Below, piece by piece: positions 20,533-31,414 of a stretch of 32,000 bases of DNA. The notes under the pieces are model-generated. The model did not search any database. It was given only the letters and a program-made list of their open reading frames with translations, and was not told the DNA's origin. The stretch comes from Candidatus Saccharimonadota bacterium (lineage in GTDB: Bacteria; Pseudomonadota; Gammaproteobacteria; Enterobacterales; Enterobacteriaceae): positions 425,793 to 457,792 of the forward strand of contig CP145877.1 in NCBI GenBank assembly GCA_045690015.1, in the 5' to 3' direction. The translations under genes and the position numbers were made by a program. Position 1 is the stretch's first letter. Every line of letters starts with the position of its first letter.

Positions 20533-22347
20533 TTAATTAGAACCATATTTAATAATACTATTTTTACGTAACTCATTTAATAATGCAGCTATAGACATGT
20601 TAATCTGGTTCCTTATCATATTAGAGGAAATGGCGATTAGTTGTTTTTTTGAGGCATCTTTATACCAGATCTTATCTAATGCTATTACTACGAAATTTCC
20701 TTGAGCATCTTGACTTAGAGCATAAGTAGATTGATTTTTTTTTGGAGCGTTCATATTAAACACTTTATTAGTTATACTGTCAGTATTATTACGTGTTATA
20801 ATAATCATATCTCCAAATTTTAACCGTAAATCAACTTCACTTTTTCCTTTATTAAGAAGTAATAATATTTTTTCTAATTCTTCCTTTACTTGCTTGTTAG
20901 TTTTTTGACGCTGTAAATATGTAGCGATTATATTATGTACACTGCTTAGTGATTCTAAGTGGGCTGGTCTATGCTGAGTAATACGTACCCAAAAACAACT
21001 ATGACTATCAACTGGTATATAAAAGGTATTGGTATGGTTTTGACGACTATTAAAAATGGCCCGTATAAATGCTGGAAAATTTAAATTATTAGGGATAGTT
21101 TTAATGTTAAACCAATCACTTTCCTCGGTCTTCATTCCTGTAAGGTGTTCCAGTTGATTAATTGAAATACTATTACTAGTAAACTCCATCATTTTTTTTT
21201 GAACTGAAAAATATTTATTAAAAATCTTTTGTTGCTGTATTTTATTAATTATGATGGGACGTACTTCATTTAATGGCCTGATGTGTTTAGGATGTATATC
21301 CTCAAGACGTACGATTAAATATCCAATGGAGCATTTTATGATATCCGAAAGTTGACCCGGCTGTTGCAAATGAACCTTTTTTAACTCATCTGGCATGTCT
21401 TCTGTTCTAATCCATCCAATTTGTCCCCCTCTACGTGCAGAAATAGGATCTATAGATTTTGTTTGGGCAATTTTTGAAAAATCTGCCCCGTTTTTTAATT
21501 CATTTAACAAAAACTTAGCTTCTTTTTCCGTTTTGACTTGAATAATTTTAAATTTATATTGAGGTAATTCGAGATAATCGAGTTTATGTAACTCATACCA
21601 TTGGTTGATTTCAAAGTTACTTACATACGGTTTGGAGATTTTATTTGCATCTAATGGTAAATAACTAACCCTGAACTGTTCAGGTAGAATGAAATAATTG
21701 GAATGATTCTTATAAAAATTTTTTATATCATCTTCCTTAACCGGTTTTTTTACTATAGATATAGAGTTAATATCGATTACTGATTTACGTACTAAACGCT
21801 TTTGAAGAAGTAGTTTAGCTAATATATTTTTCTCATTTGGTAATAAAAAATCAGTTTTTACTAAAGTAGATAATAATTTCTGAACTGCTAATTGCTTACG
21901 TAAAGCTTCTGCATATTGGTTACTTGTTATACCCATTATTTTTAGTACATTTCTATACTTCACATTGTCAAATTTACTATCGACCTGAAAATCAGGTTGA
22001 TTAAAAATCACTTTTTTTATTTCTTCGTCATTTATATCAATTCCTATTTTTTTTACATACTGTTGAAGTAGTACTTCATCTATTACATTTTGTAATATCC
22101 AAGCACGGAATTGCTGCATAGCATTTTCACTAGTAATTATTTTAGTTAATTCTTGGCCTAATAGTTGACTAGCAAAATTCAATGATTGTTCAAATTGTAA
22201 TCTACTAATTTTTTGTCCATTGACACTAATAATATAATCATTTTTAGGATAAAATCCCCTATAATTCCCTATTGCTGTGATTACCATGATCAATATGATC
22301 ATTGCCAATACTATTTTAACTATTATTCGATTTACAATTTTTACCAT
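20533..22347 (-). CDS. ppiD: periplasmic chaperone / inactive PPIase PpiD
   Basis: 604 aa with a single N-terminal TM anchor (IVLAMIILIMVITAIG), then VNGQKISRLQFE as in E. coli PpiD (VNDQEISRGQFE). Parvulin-like central domain (GGQIGW). Located directly downstream of lon. Confidence 0.87.
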   Translation of the reverse strand: MVKIVNRIIVKIVLAMIILIMVITAIGNYRGFYPKNDYIISVNGQKISRLQFEQSLNFASQLLGQELTKIITSENAMQQFRAWILQNVIDEVLLQQYVKKIGIDINDEEIKKVIFNQPDFQVDSKFDNVKYRNVLKIMGITSNQYAEALRKQLAVQKLLSTLVKTDFLLPNEKNILAKLLLQKRLVRKSVIDINSISIVKKPVKEDDIKNFYKNHSNYFILPEQFRVSYLPLDANKISKPYVSNFEINQWYELHKLDYLELPQYKFKIIQVKTEKEAKFLLNELKNGADFSKIAQTKSIDPISARRGGQIGWIRTEDMPDELKKVHLQQPGQLSDIIKCSIGYLIVRLEDIHPKHIRPLNEVRPIIINKIQQQKIFNKYFSVQKKMMEFTSNSISINQLEHLTGMKTEESDWFNIKTIPNNLNFPAFIRAIFNSRQNHTNTFYIPVDSHSCFWVRITQHRPAHLESLSSVHNIIATYLQRQKTNKQVKEELEKILLLLNKGKSEVDLRLKFGDMIIITRNNTDSITNKVFNMNAPKKNQSTYALSQDAQGNFVVIALDKIWYKDASKKQLIAISSNMIRNQINMSIAALLNELRKNSIIKYGSN

Positions 22348-22428
22348 ATAAGGATATATTCCTTTAAATTTATAATTAAAATTAACATTCTTAGTCTTGA
22401 TGACTACTTCAAATAAATGGTGTAGATT

Positions 22429-24774
22429 TTATGGAGTATTCTGCAATGCAATTTTCAGAGCTTCTTCAACTTTTTTTACCGGGTAAATATTCAAATTCAT
22501 TCGAATGTGAGCTGGAATATCTTCCAAATCACGTTTATTTCCATAAGGAATAAGTACAGTTTTTATACCTCCTCTATGAGCAGCCAATAATTTTTCTTTT
22601 AAACCACCAATAGGTAAGATTTGGCCTCTTAAAGTAATTTCTCCAGTCATTGCTACATCCGCACGAACAGGATTTTCTGTTAAACAAGAGACTAGTACCG
22701 TACACATGGCAACACCAGCACTGGGTCCATCTTTAGGTGTTGCACCGTCAGGAACGTGTACATGGATATCATTTTTCTCATAAAAATCATGCTTAATACC
22801 AAGCTTATCTGCTAAGGTTCGTACTACTGTTACAGCTGTTTGGATAGATTCCCGCATTACTTCTCCCAAGGAACCTGTATAAGAAAATTTTCCTTTTCCT
22901 GGAAGACAAGAGCTTTCAATTATTAACAAATCTCCTCCGCTTTCTGTCCAAGCAAGACCAGAAACTTGACCAATACTGTTTTCACTAAATGCTTTACCAT
23001 ACTCAAAACGTTGAGTACCCAAATAGGATTTAAGATTATCAGTGGTTATTTGTATAGACTTTATGGTTGTATCCATAAGCAAAATTTTTACAGCCTTACG
23101 ACATAATTTTGACAATTGTCGTTCAAGATTACGTACTCCTGCTTCGTGAGTATAAAAACGAATAATATCTAGAATGGCTTCTTCATCAATAATTATTTCA
23201 TCCCTTATTAAGGCATTACGTTTAATCTGTTTTGGCAGTAAATAACGATTAGCGATATTTAATTTTTCGTTTTCTGTATATCCCGAAATACGAATTACTT
23301 CCATACGATCTAGCAAAGGACGAGGAATCTTCATAGAGTTAGAAGTAGCAATAAACATTACATCCGACAAATCATAATCTACTTCTAGATAATGATCATT
23401 AAATGCATGATTTTGTTCAGGATCCAAAACCTCCAGTAAAGCAGCTGCAGGATCTCCTCGAAAATCTGAGGACATTTTATCTATTTCGTCTAGTAAAAAT
23501 AATGGATTTTTTACACCTATTTTGGCCATTTTCTGAATCAATTTTCCTGGCATTGAACCAATATAGGTACGACGATGTCCTCTTATTTCAGCTTCATCAC
23601 GTACTCCACCTAAGGCCATACGAACATATCTCCGTCCAGTAGCTTTAGCTATTGATTCTCCGATAGATGTTTTACCTACTCCAGGAGGACCCATAAGACA
23701 AAGGATAGGACCTTTATTTTTTTTGCTTCTGCGGTTTTGAACTGCTAGATACTCAATAATTCTTTCTTTGACATTTTCCAAACCAAAATGATCATTGTCC
23801 AATGTTTCCTTTGCTTTCTGAAGATTTTTTTTGATCTTAGTACGAGCATACCAAGGAACTTGAAACATCCAGTCAATATAATTCCTTATTACTGTTGCTT
23901 CAGCAGACATTGGAGACATCATTTTTAATTTTTGTATCTCAGTTTCAGTTTTTTCTCGTGCTTCTGGAGGCATTTTAGCATCCACAAGTTTTCTTGTTAA
24001 AATTTCATTTTCATCTGGTACCTGTACCTGTACCTCATCGTTTTCACCTAATTCTTTTTTAATGGCTTTTATTTGCTCATTTAGATAATACTCTCGCTGA
24101 CTCTTTTCCATTTGTTTTTTCACACGGTTTTGTATGCGTTTTTCAATCTTTAATAAGTCCCTTTCTACTTCCATGATTGTCATCAAATATTCCAGTCGTT
24201 CATTAACATTTACCATCTCCAGTAACGTCTGCTTTTCATGGAGTTTTAGAGGTATATGAGCTGCTATTATATCCGCGAGACGCGCCGCATCGTGAAGCTT
24301 ATCTAATGCGGTTAATATTTCTGGAGGAATTTTTTTATACAATTGAATATATCCTTCAAATTGATTAACAGTTGCACGTCTCAAGAGTTCCTGTTTTTTT
24401 TTATTAACCCGTGGACAAATCAAATATTCTATTTTTGCCAGAAAAGGTTCTTCACTCTCATTACTAAACTCAGTAATGCGCGCTCTTTTTAAACCTTCAA
24501 CCAAAACTTTTACTGTACCATCTGATAATTTTAAGCTTTGTATAATTGAAGCCATGGTTCCAACCATAAAAAGGTCATCAATCCTAGGTTGATCTATTGA
24601 TGCTTCTTTTTGCGCTACTAACATAACTTTTTTACCTTGATTTATTGCAGCTTCAAGGCACTTAATCGATTTTTTACGACCAATAAATAATGGAATCACC
24701 ATGTGCGGATAAACTACGACGTCACGTAGTGGTAACACAGGGATTATAATGTGTTCCGAACACTTACGGTTCAT
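22429..24774 (-). CDS. lon: ATP-dependent Lon protease
   Basis: 781 aa, near-collinear with E. coli Lon. IPVLPLRDVVVYPHMVIPLF N-domain, Walker A GPPGVGKTS, catalytic PKDGPSAG serine and downstream lysine region (GGLKEKLLAAHRGG). Confidence 0.98.
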   Translation of the reverse strand: MNRKCSEHIIIPVLPLRDVVVYPHMVIPLFIGRKKSIKCLEAAINQGKKVMLVAQKEASIDQPRIDDLFMVGTMASIIQSLKLSDGTVKVLVEGLKRARITEFSNESEEPFLAKIEYLICPRVNKKKQELLRRATVNQFEGYIQLYKKIPPEILTALDKLHDAARLADIIAAHIPLKLHEKQTLLEMVNVNERLEYLMTIMEVERDLLKIEKRIQNRVKKQMEKSQREYYLNEQIKAIKKELGENDEVQVQVPDENEILTRKLVDAKMPPEAREKTETEIQKLKMMSPMSAEATVIRNYIDWMFQVPWYARTKIKKNLQKAKETLDNDHFGLENVKERIIEYLAVQNRRSKKNKGPILCLMGPPGVGKTSIGESIAKATGRRYVRMALGGVRDEAEIRGHRRTYIGSMPGKLIQKMAKIGVKNPLFLLDEIDKMSSDFRGDPAAALLEVLDPEQNHAFNDHYLEVDYDLSDVMFIATSNSMKIPRPLLDRMEVIRISGYTENEKLNIANRYLLPKQIKRNALIRDEIIIDEEAILDIIRFYTHEAGVRNLERQLSKLCRKAVKILLMDTTIKSIQITTDNLKSYLGTQRFEYGKAFSENSIGQVSGLAWTESGGDLLIIESSCLPGKGKFSYTGSLGEVMRESIQTAVTVVRTLADKLGIKHDFYEKNDIHVHVPDGATPKDGPSAGVAMCTVLVSCLTENPVRADVAMTGEITLRGQILPIGGLKEKLLAAHRGGIKTVLIPYGNKRDLEDIPAHIRMNLNIYPVKKVEEALKIALQNTP

Positions 24775-24946
24775 AGAGATCTCTCTTAGTTTATTTTCCC
24801 GTTAGTATTTGAGTTATTCAATTATGTATGGGAAGCATACCTTGTATATATATGATTCATCAATCTCTATTGAATAGAAATAATTCCTTCTTTCTCACCT
24901 AAGATAATGAAAAATATATATATACAACTAATTGATTATGAATTTT

Positions 24947-26224
24947 TTAGTTGCCAGATGTTTGTTCCGGTGTTTTATAAAGAAGTAGAGGATCAGTTTC
25001 TCCCTCAATAACTGATTTATCAATTACAATTTTATCAACATTTTTCATAGATGGCAGATCATACATAGTATGAAGTAATACGCTTTCAAGAATAGAACGT
25101 AAACCCCGCGCTCCAGTTTTACGTAAAATGGCTTTTTGGGCAATAGATGCTAAAGCTTCATCACTAAATTCTAAATCTACACCTTCTATATTCAATAGTG
25201 TTTGATATTGTTTAATAAGTGCATTTTTTGGTTTTATTAAAATCTGAATGAGAGCTTCCTCATTTAATTCTCTTAGAGTAGTAACAACCGGAAGACGACC
25301 AATAAATTCTGGAATAAGTCCAAACCTAATTAAGTCTTCTGGTTCTACTTGTTCTAGTAAGTCACTTTCACACGATTTTTGTGCATCTCCTTTAATTACA
25401 GCTCCAAAACCAATTCCACAGCTTGAGTTAGCTTCAACACGTTGAGCAATCATTTTTTCTAACCCTGTAAATGCTCCGCCACAGATGAATAAAATATTAG
25501 AAGTATTAACTTGCAAAAATTCCTGTTGCGGATGCTTACGTCCACCTTGTGGTGGCACAGCTGCCACTGTACCCTCTATTAATTTTAATAAAGCTTGTTG
25601 AACTCCTTCCCCAGAGACATCCCTAGTAATAGAGGGATTATCTGATTTTCTGGAAATTTTATCAATTTCATCAATATAAACAATACCCGATTGTGCTTTT
25701 TGAACATCATAATTACATCTTTGTAATAATTTTTGGATAATATTTTCAACATCCTCACCTACATAACCTGCTTCAGTCAACGTAGTTGCATCTGCAAGAG
25801 CAAATGGAACATCCAATACTCGTGCAAGCGTTTCAGCCAAAAGCGTTTTTCCACTTCCCGTAGGACCAATTAATAATATATTACTTTTACCCAAGCCAAT
25901 TCCATCAGTAATATTACGATTATTGAATAAACGTTTATAGTGATTATATACAGCCACTGCTAACACTTTTTTGGTATTTTCATGACCGATTACATAAGAA
26001 TCTAAATAATGACGAATTTTATGTGGAGTTGGTAATACCTTTTTTTTTTTATCGTGCGTTATTTCCTTTATTCCTAAATTAACCATACCATAACATAAAT
26101 TAATACATTCATCGCAGATATATATAGAAGGTCCAGCAATCATTTTACGTACTTCATATTGGCTTTTACCGCAAAAAGTACAATACAGCACTTTTTCTGA
26201 AGGATTTTTACAATTATCTATCAT
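24947..26224 (-). CDS. clpX: ATP-dependent Clp protease ATP-binding subunit ClpX
   Basis: 425 aa, N-terminal C4 zinc-binding domain (CTFCGK...CDEC), Walker [17 protein letters not shown] pore loop, IGF-like loop region, sensor motifs. Confidence 0.98.
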   Translation of the reverse strand: MIDNCKNPSEKVLYCTFCGKSQYEVRKMIAGPSIYICDECINLCYGMVNLGIKEITHDKKKKVLPTPHKIRHYLDSYVIGHENTKKVLAVAVYNHYKRLFNNRNITDGIGLGKSNILLIGPTGSGKTLLAETLARVLDVPFALADATTLTEAGYVGEDVENIIQKLLQRCNYDVQKAQSGIVYIDEIDKISRKSDNPSITRDVSGEGVQQALLKLIEGTVAAVPPQGGRKHPQQEFLQVNTSNILFICGGAFTGLEKMIAQRVEANSSCGIGFGAVIKGDAQKSCESDLLEQVEPEDLIRFGLIPEFIGRLPVVTTLRELNEEALIQILIKPKNALIKQYQTLLNIEGVDLEFSDEALASIAQKAILRKTGARGLRSILESVLLHTMYDLPSMKNVDKIVIDKSVIEGETDPLLLYKTPEQTSGN

Positions 26225-26284
26225 TAAATTAATTAACCTCTTTCATTTTTAATCTGTAATTATCTAGTATTCAATACTCTTATC

Positions 26285-26914
26285 TTACTCACGATTAGTG
26301 AGGATTGAATCAACTAAACCATATTCTACTGCTTCCTTAGCAGATAGAAAATAGTCTCTTTCTGTATCTTTTTCTATTACTTCAAGGGGTTGTGCTGTAT
26401 GATGAGCCATCAACTGATTCATTCTGCTTTTTATTCTTAAAATTTCGCGAGTATGTATTTCTATGTCTGTTGCTTGTCCATAATAAGCACCTAACGGTTG
26501 ATGAATCATCACGCGCGAATTAGGTAAACAAAAACGTTTACCTTTAGTACCTGCTGTAAGTAAAAAGGCGCCCATAGATGCTGCTAATCCTATACAAATA
26601 GTACTAATATCTGGTTTAACAAACTGCATGGTATCATAAATCGACATTCCTGCAGTAATAATTCCTCCGGGTGAGTTAATATATAAATATATATCTTCAT
26701 CAGGATTTTCAGCTTCCAAAAATAACAATTGTGCAACAATCAAATTTGCCATGTAGTCTTCAACATGACCTGTCAAAAAAATTATGCGCTCTTTAAGTAG
26801 ACGAGAATATATGTCATATGCTCGCTCACCTTTAGAGTTCTGTTCAATCACCATAGGTACAAACATCATTTTTGATACGCTTAATGGTTCTACACCAGAG
26901 CTCTTATATGACAT
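26285..26914 (-). CDS. clpP: ATP-dependent Clp protease proteolytic subunit ClpP
   Basis: 209 aa, [22 protein letters not shown], catalytic Ser in GLAASMG, His in MIHQP, Asp in the C-terminal DTERD region. Collinear with E. coli ClpP. Confidence 0.98.
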   Translation of the reverse strand: MSYKSSGVEPLSVSKMMFVPMVIEQNSKGERAYDIYSRLLKERIIFLTGHVEDYMANLIVAQLLFLEAENPDEDIYLYINSPGGIITAGMSIYDTMQFVKPDISTICIGLAASMGAFLLTAGTKGKRFCLPNSRVMIHQPLGAYYGQATDIEIHTREILRIKSRMNQLMAHHTAQPLEVIEKDTERDYFLSAKEAVEYGLVDSILTNRE

Positions 26915-26960
26915 GATTTTATCTCCCTTTCCGTACGTACAGTAGTTTAGCTATAAAAAA

Positions 26961-28229
26961 TCAAATAAAGCATTGTTCATATTCTACTATCATTCTCCTT
27001 AAATCCTGAAATGGCATTTTCTGTTCAGTAATTACGCACTGCTTCATAATTAGTTCTACTGCCATATCTTCTAATACTGAATTCTTAATACTTTTCATAA
27101 TTTCATCATTATTACTAAACTTTTTACATGAAGTAATTTCTAAAGATTTGATTAATTGTTGAAGACGTTGTTCTTCTACTTGAAGTTTATTAATACGGAT
27201 TACTTCATTCAATAATAAACCTAAACTAACACGGTTCTTAGCTTTTTTTTCTAAAAGTCTACGTGGAAATAATTTGATTTGTTGTTTAATACTAGATTGT
27301 TGAGAAAAATTTTTTAATTCGCTTTCTAAAAGTGAAATCGGAACTTCAACTTGATTACTACTTAATAATCCATGAAATACCTGTAACTTAATAAAATTAT
27401 TCACTGTATGTTTAAGTTCTTGTTCCATGGTTTTTCGGATTTCATCGCGTAATTTTATTATAGATCCTTCAGGTTCTCCTAAATTTTTAATTAATTGTTC
27501 ATTCATTTCGGGTATTTGACACTCTTCTATTTTTTTTAGTTGAATATAAAAATTAGTAATTGGTTTTTCATCTCCCTCAGTAAAAATTGATTCCACTATA
27601 AAGTTATCCCCCGGATTATGACCAATAATCTTTTTTTCTAAATCAAAAAACATAGATTCCTGTCCTATAATCCAAATTAGCTGATTAATTTTATCACTTT
27701 CATTTTCATCGTTTTCTAAATTTGTTATCTCTATAGTTACACGATCCCCAACTTTTACTGGACGAATAACTTCTTTCCAAACGCCTTGTTGTCTACCAAG
27801 CTCAAGAAGCATATTATCTACGTCTATTTCATTCAGTTCAACGAGTGGTTTTTTAACTTGGATAGAATCAAATTCTTTCAATTTAATTTCAGGATAAATT
27901 TCAAATTCTATTACATAGGTAAAATCCGAACCTTCTTTATATTCCCCGGGAATATAGTTCAATTTTCCAACAGGAACCAGGTTGTTTTTATTAATTACTG
28001 TCATAACTTTTTGTTGCATAAGATCAGTCAAGACCTCATGAAGTATAGACATGCCATAACGTTTTGCTACTATTTCTAGGGGGACCTTACCTTGACGAAA
28101 TCCATCAATACGAACTTTTTGAGCAAGCTGAGATAGTTTAATTTTAACCAGATTTTTAATGTTCTCAGCAGGAATAGTGATGGTTATCCTACGTCCAAGA
28201 TTATGAGTATTTTCTACTGATACTTGCAT
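26961..28229 (-). CDS. tig: trigger factor
   Basis: 422 aa, MQVSVENTHNLGRRITITIPA vs E. coli [21 protein letters not shown]. Ribosome-binding GFRxGKVP motif (DGFRQGKVP) is present. Confidence 0.95.
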   Translation of the reverse strand: MQVSVENTHNLGRRITITIPAENIKNLVKIKLSQLAQKVRIDGFRQGKVPLEIVAKRYGMSILHEVLTDLMQQKVMTVINKNNLVPVGKLNYIPGEYKEGSDFTYVIEFEIYPEIKLKEFDSIQVKKPLVELNEIDVDNMLLELGRQQGVWKEVIRPVKVGDRVTIEITNLENDENESDKINQLIWIIGQESMFFDLEKKIIGHNPGDNFIVESIFTEGDEKPITNFYIQLKKIEECQIPEMNEQLIKNLGEPEGSIIKLRDEIRKTMEQELKHTVNNFIKLQVFHGLLSSNQVEVPISLLESELKNFSQQSSIKQQIKLFPRRLLEKKAKNRVSLGLLLNEVIRINKLQVEEQRLQQLIKSLEITSCKKFSNNDEIMKSIKNSVLEDMAVELIMKQCVITEQKMPFQDLRRMIVEYEQCFI

Positions 28230-28490
28230 CTATCTTATTACCTCAAAATTTTAGATATTCTTTTTGGTTAGTGATGTTTTTAGCTTCAATACCAACCTAA
28301 TTTTAGGGTTGATTCTATAATATTTTCCAAATAATAACGTAATAATGGTAGATGCATAAGAGATAAATAACATAACTATCTATTATGGAGTTAATATTTT
28401 AAGATAAATTAACTATATTTACAGTTTTAACACCTTCCATTAAAATATCAAATAAGATTTGTATGGTATGTATGCAAGGAGAGGTATTAA

Positions 28491-29384
28491 ATGGGACTAA
28501 ATAAATTTAAACCCGTTTTTAGGAGATTCTACTTATTTACTATTATCACTTTATTAAATAGTTGTGACATGGTTTTATTAAATCCCAAAGGACAAATTGG
28601 TATAGAGCAACGTACACTAATATTAACAGCGCTGGGTTTAATGTTACTAGTTGTAATTCCTGCTATAATAATGGCTGTTATATTTCCATTAAAATACCGA
28701 CATACTAATATCAATGCTAAATATAATCCCAATTGGTCTCATTCTTATAAAATTGAGGCTATCGTTTGGCTTATTCCTATTTTGATTATTATTTGTCTTG
28801 GAATTATAACATGGAGAAGTACTATTTCTTTGGAACCAAAAAGAACTATCATTTCTCCTATTGCTCCTTTAAAAATTGAAGTAGTATCAATGGATTGGAA
28901 ATGGTTATTTATTTATCCACAACAAGGAGTAGCATCAGTGAACCAAATAGCTTTTCCAATTAACACACCTATTGAATTTAAAATTACGTCTTATTCGGTC
29001 ATGAATTCTTTTTTCATTCCTTCTTTAGGCAGTCAAATATATGCAATGCCGGGTATGCAGACCAAATTAAATCTAATTGCCAATAAACCAGGTACTTATC
29101 AGGGAATATCGTCTGCATATAGTGGGAGGGGTTTTTCTGATATGAAATTTACAGCTGTTGCAACACCGAATGTAGCATCTTTTTATAATTGGATAGCTAA
29201 AGCAAAACAAGCACACGCCACCTTGAATATTAAATCTTTAGAAAAACTAGCAGTGCCTACTACTAAAAATCCCGTAGAGTTTTTTTCTAGAGTCAAACCG
29301 AATTTATTTAATGAGGTTATAAAGAGGTTTAAATCTAGCACTTCTTCTGCATCATCAGATAAAGCGCTAGCAGCTATCTCATAG
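28491..29384 (+). CDS. cyoA: cytochrome bo3 ubiquinol oxidase subunit II (lipoprotein)
   Basis: 297 aa with a lipobox-like LLNSC, then [13 protein letters not shown], WSHSxKxEAxVW, [13 protein letters not shown], [18 protein letters not shown], collinear with E. coli CyoA. AAGGAGAGG upstream of the ATG. The C-terminal tail is shorter than in E. coli. Confidence 0.95.
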   Translation: MGLNKFKPVFRRFYLFTIITLLNSCDMVLLNPKGQIGIEQRTLILTALGLMLLVVIPAIIMAVIFPLKYRHTNINAKYNPNWSHSYKIEAIVWLIPILIIICLGIITWRSTISLEPKRTIISPIAPLKIEVVSMDWKWLFIYPQQGVASVNQIAFPINTPIEFKITSYSVMNSFFIPSLGSQIYAMPGMQTKLNLIANKPGTYQGISSAYSGRGFSDMKFTAVATPNVASFYNWIAKAKQAHATLNIKSLEKLAVPTTKNPVEFFSRVKPNLFNEVIKRFKSSTSSASSDKALAAIS

Positions 29385-29410
29385 AATATAAATTTAAGGA
29401 ATTAACTTAT

Positions 29411-31414
29411 ATGTTTGGAAAATTAAAACTCAATGCAATTCCATACCATGAACCTATTGTTATGGGGACTCTTTTTACTCTTATCATTATTGGAGTTATT
29501 ATACTAGCTATAATAACCTATATGGGACAATGGAAATATTTATGGAATGAGTGGTTAACTTCATTAGATCATAAACGATTAGGAATCATGTATATTATTC
29601 TTGGATTAGTCATGATGATTCGTGGTTTTGCTGATGCTATTATGATGCGCAGTCAGCAAGCTCTAGCATCAGCCGGACAACATGGATTTTTACCCCCTCA
29701 TCACTATGATCAGATATTCACTGCTCATGGTGTCATTATGATTTTTTTTGTAGCAACACCGTTAATTGTCGGTTTTATGAATTTTGTAGTACCTTTACAA
29801 ATTGGTGCACGTGATGTTGCTTTTCCTTTTCTCAATAATTTAAGTTTTTGGCTTACGGTTGCGGGAGCACTTTTAGTAAATATTTCATTAGCAGTAGGAG
29901 AATTTGCTCAGGTAGGATGGGTGGCTTATCCACCACTTTCTGGTATTGAGTATAGTCCAGGTGTAGGAGTTGATTATTGGATTTGGAGTTTGCAAATTTC
30001 TGGAATTGGTACCCTGCTAACAGGAATTAATTTTTTCGTTACTATTATGAAAATGCGCGCTCCGGGTATGAGTTTATTTAAAATGCCAGTATTCACATGG
30101 ACTGCTTTGTGTTCTAACATATTAATTATTATGGCCTTTCCAATATTAACTGTAACTATTGGATTACTTACTATGGACCGTTATTTAAATACCCATTTTT
30201 TTACAAATAATCTAGGTGGTAATATGATGATGTATATAAATCTTATTTGGGCATGGGGGCATCCAGAAGTATACATCCTAGTATTACCAGTATTTGGAAT
30301 TTATTCAGAGATAGTAGCCACTTTCTCCAAAAAAAGACTTTTCGGTTATACATCTCTCGTTTGGGCGACGATTGTTATTACAATCCTTTCGTTTATTGTA
30401 TGGTTACACCATTTTTTTACTATGGGAGCAGGATCGAATGTTAATGCTTTTTTTGGAATTAGCACAATGATTATTGCTATCCCAACAGGTGTAAAAATTT
30501 TTAACTGGTTATTCACTATGTATCAAGGCCGTGTTCAGTTAACTTCTCCTATGCTTTGGACAATAGGTTTTATTATAATATTTTCCATTGGAGGAATGGC
30601 GGGAGTATTATTAGCTATTCCTGGGGCAGATTTTGTATTACACAATAGTCTTTTTTTAATAGCACATTTTCATAGTGTCATTATCGGTGGAGTAGTTTTT
30701 GGATGTTTTGCGGGATTAACTTACTGGTTTCCTAAAGCTTTTGGATTTACTTTGAATGAAAAGTGGGGTAAACGTTCCTTTTTCTTTTGGTTTATTGGTT
30801 TTTTCTTTGCTTTTATGCCATTGTATGTACTAGGATTAATGGGAATGACACGTCGTCTAAGTCAAAATATTGATCCTAAATTTCATTCTTTATTAGTTAT
30901 TGCAGCTTTTGGGACTATAATAATTGCAATTGGCATCATCTGTTTTTTAATCCAAATATACACTTCTATTATTGATCGCCATAAAAATCGGGATTTTTCC
31001 GGTGATCCTTGGGATGGACGTACTCTAGAATGGTCAACATCTTCACCTCCTCCTTTTTATAATTTTGCTCTGATACCCGAAATAGAAGAACGGGATGCAT
31101 TTTGGGAAATGAAACAGAGACATGTTAAATCAAGATCTAAAAAAGCAGAAGATTATAAAGACATCCATATGCCGAAAAATAGTAGCGCAGGAATTGTAAT
31201 TGCTACTTTTAGTCTCTTGTTTGGTTTTTCCATGGTTTGGTATATATGGTGGTTAGCTGCAATAAGTTTTTTCGGCATAATTATATCTTGGATCATGAAG
31301 AGTTTTGATGAAGATACTAATTATTATGTTCCTGTAAGTAAGATCATAAAGATCGAAAAACAACGTGTTGAAGAACAAAATCAGGTCGGATCTAAAAATG
31401 TCAATGAAAATTAA
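29411..31414 (+). CDS. cyoB: cytochrome bo3 ubiquinol oxidase subunit I
   Basis: 667 aa heme-copper oxidase subunit I ([29 protein letters not shown], HFHxVIIGG). Confidence 0.98.
   Translation: MFGKLKLNAIPYHEPIVMGTLFTLIIIGVIILAIITYMGQWKYLWNEWLTSLDHKRLGIMYIILGLVMMIRGFADAIMMRSQQALASAGQHGFLPPHHYDQIFTAHGVIMIFFVATPLIVGFMNFVVPLQIGARDVAFPFLNNLSFWLTVAGALLVNISLAVGEFAQVGWVAYPPLSGIEYSPGVGVDYWIWSLQISGIGTLLTGINFFVTIMKMRAPGMSLFKMPVFTWTALCSNILIIMAFPILTVTIGLLTMDRYLNTHFFTNNLGGNMMMYINLIWAWGHPEVYILVLPVFGIYSEIVATFSKKRLFGYTSLVWATIVITILSFIVWLHHFFTMGAGSNVNAFFGISTMIIAIPTGVKIFNWLFTMYQGRVQLTSPMLWTIGFIIIFSIGGMAGVLLAIPGADFVLHNSLFLIAHFHSVIIGGVVFGCFAGLTYWFPKAFGFTLNEKWGKRSFFFWFIGFFFAFMPLYVLGLMGMTRRLSQNIDPKFHSLLVIAAFGTIIIAIGIICFLIQIYTSIIDRHKNRDFSGDPWDGRTLEWSTSSPPPFYNFALIPEIEERDAFWEMKQRHVKSRSKKAEDYKDIHMPKNSSAGIVIATFSLLFGFSMVWYIWWLAAISFFGIIISWIMKSFDEDTNYYVPVSKIIKIEKQRVEEQNQVGSKNVNEN

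Noticed and set aside
24824-24835. Sigma-32-like -10 element (minus strand CTTCCCATACAT) ~55 nt upstream of lon.
   Set aside because: It resembles CCCCATnT, but no CTTGAA-like -35 sits at 13-17 bp. The nearest candidate, TTGATGA, is ~24 nt away. A CCCAT pentamer alone is not evidence.
22213-30444. Remaining small ORFs: 22213-22416, 23403-23642, 25248-25445, 27786-28079 (plus strand), 28529-28732 (minus strand), 30247-30444 (plus strand, alternate frame of cyoB).
   Set aside because: Each is nested in or antisense to ppiD, lon, clpX, tig, cyoA or cyoB. No SD or start context, and no family resemblance.
31365-31397. ORF-track ATG at 31365 as the cyoC start ([11 protein letters not shown] extension).
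   Set aside because: The extension lies deep inside the cyoB coding sequence and has no counterpart in CyoC. The ATG at 31398 or 31404 gives the expected length and a short overlap with cyoB.
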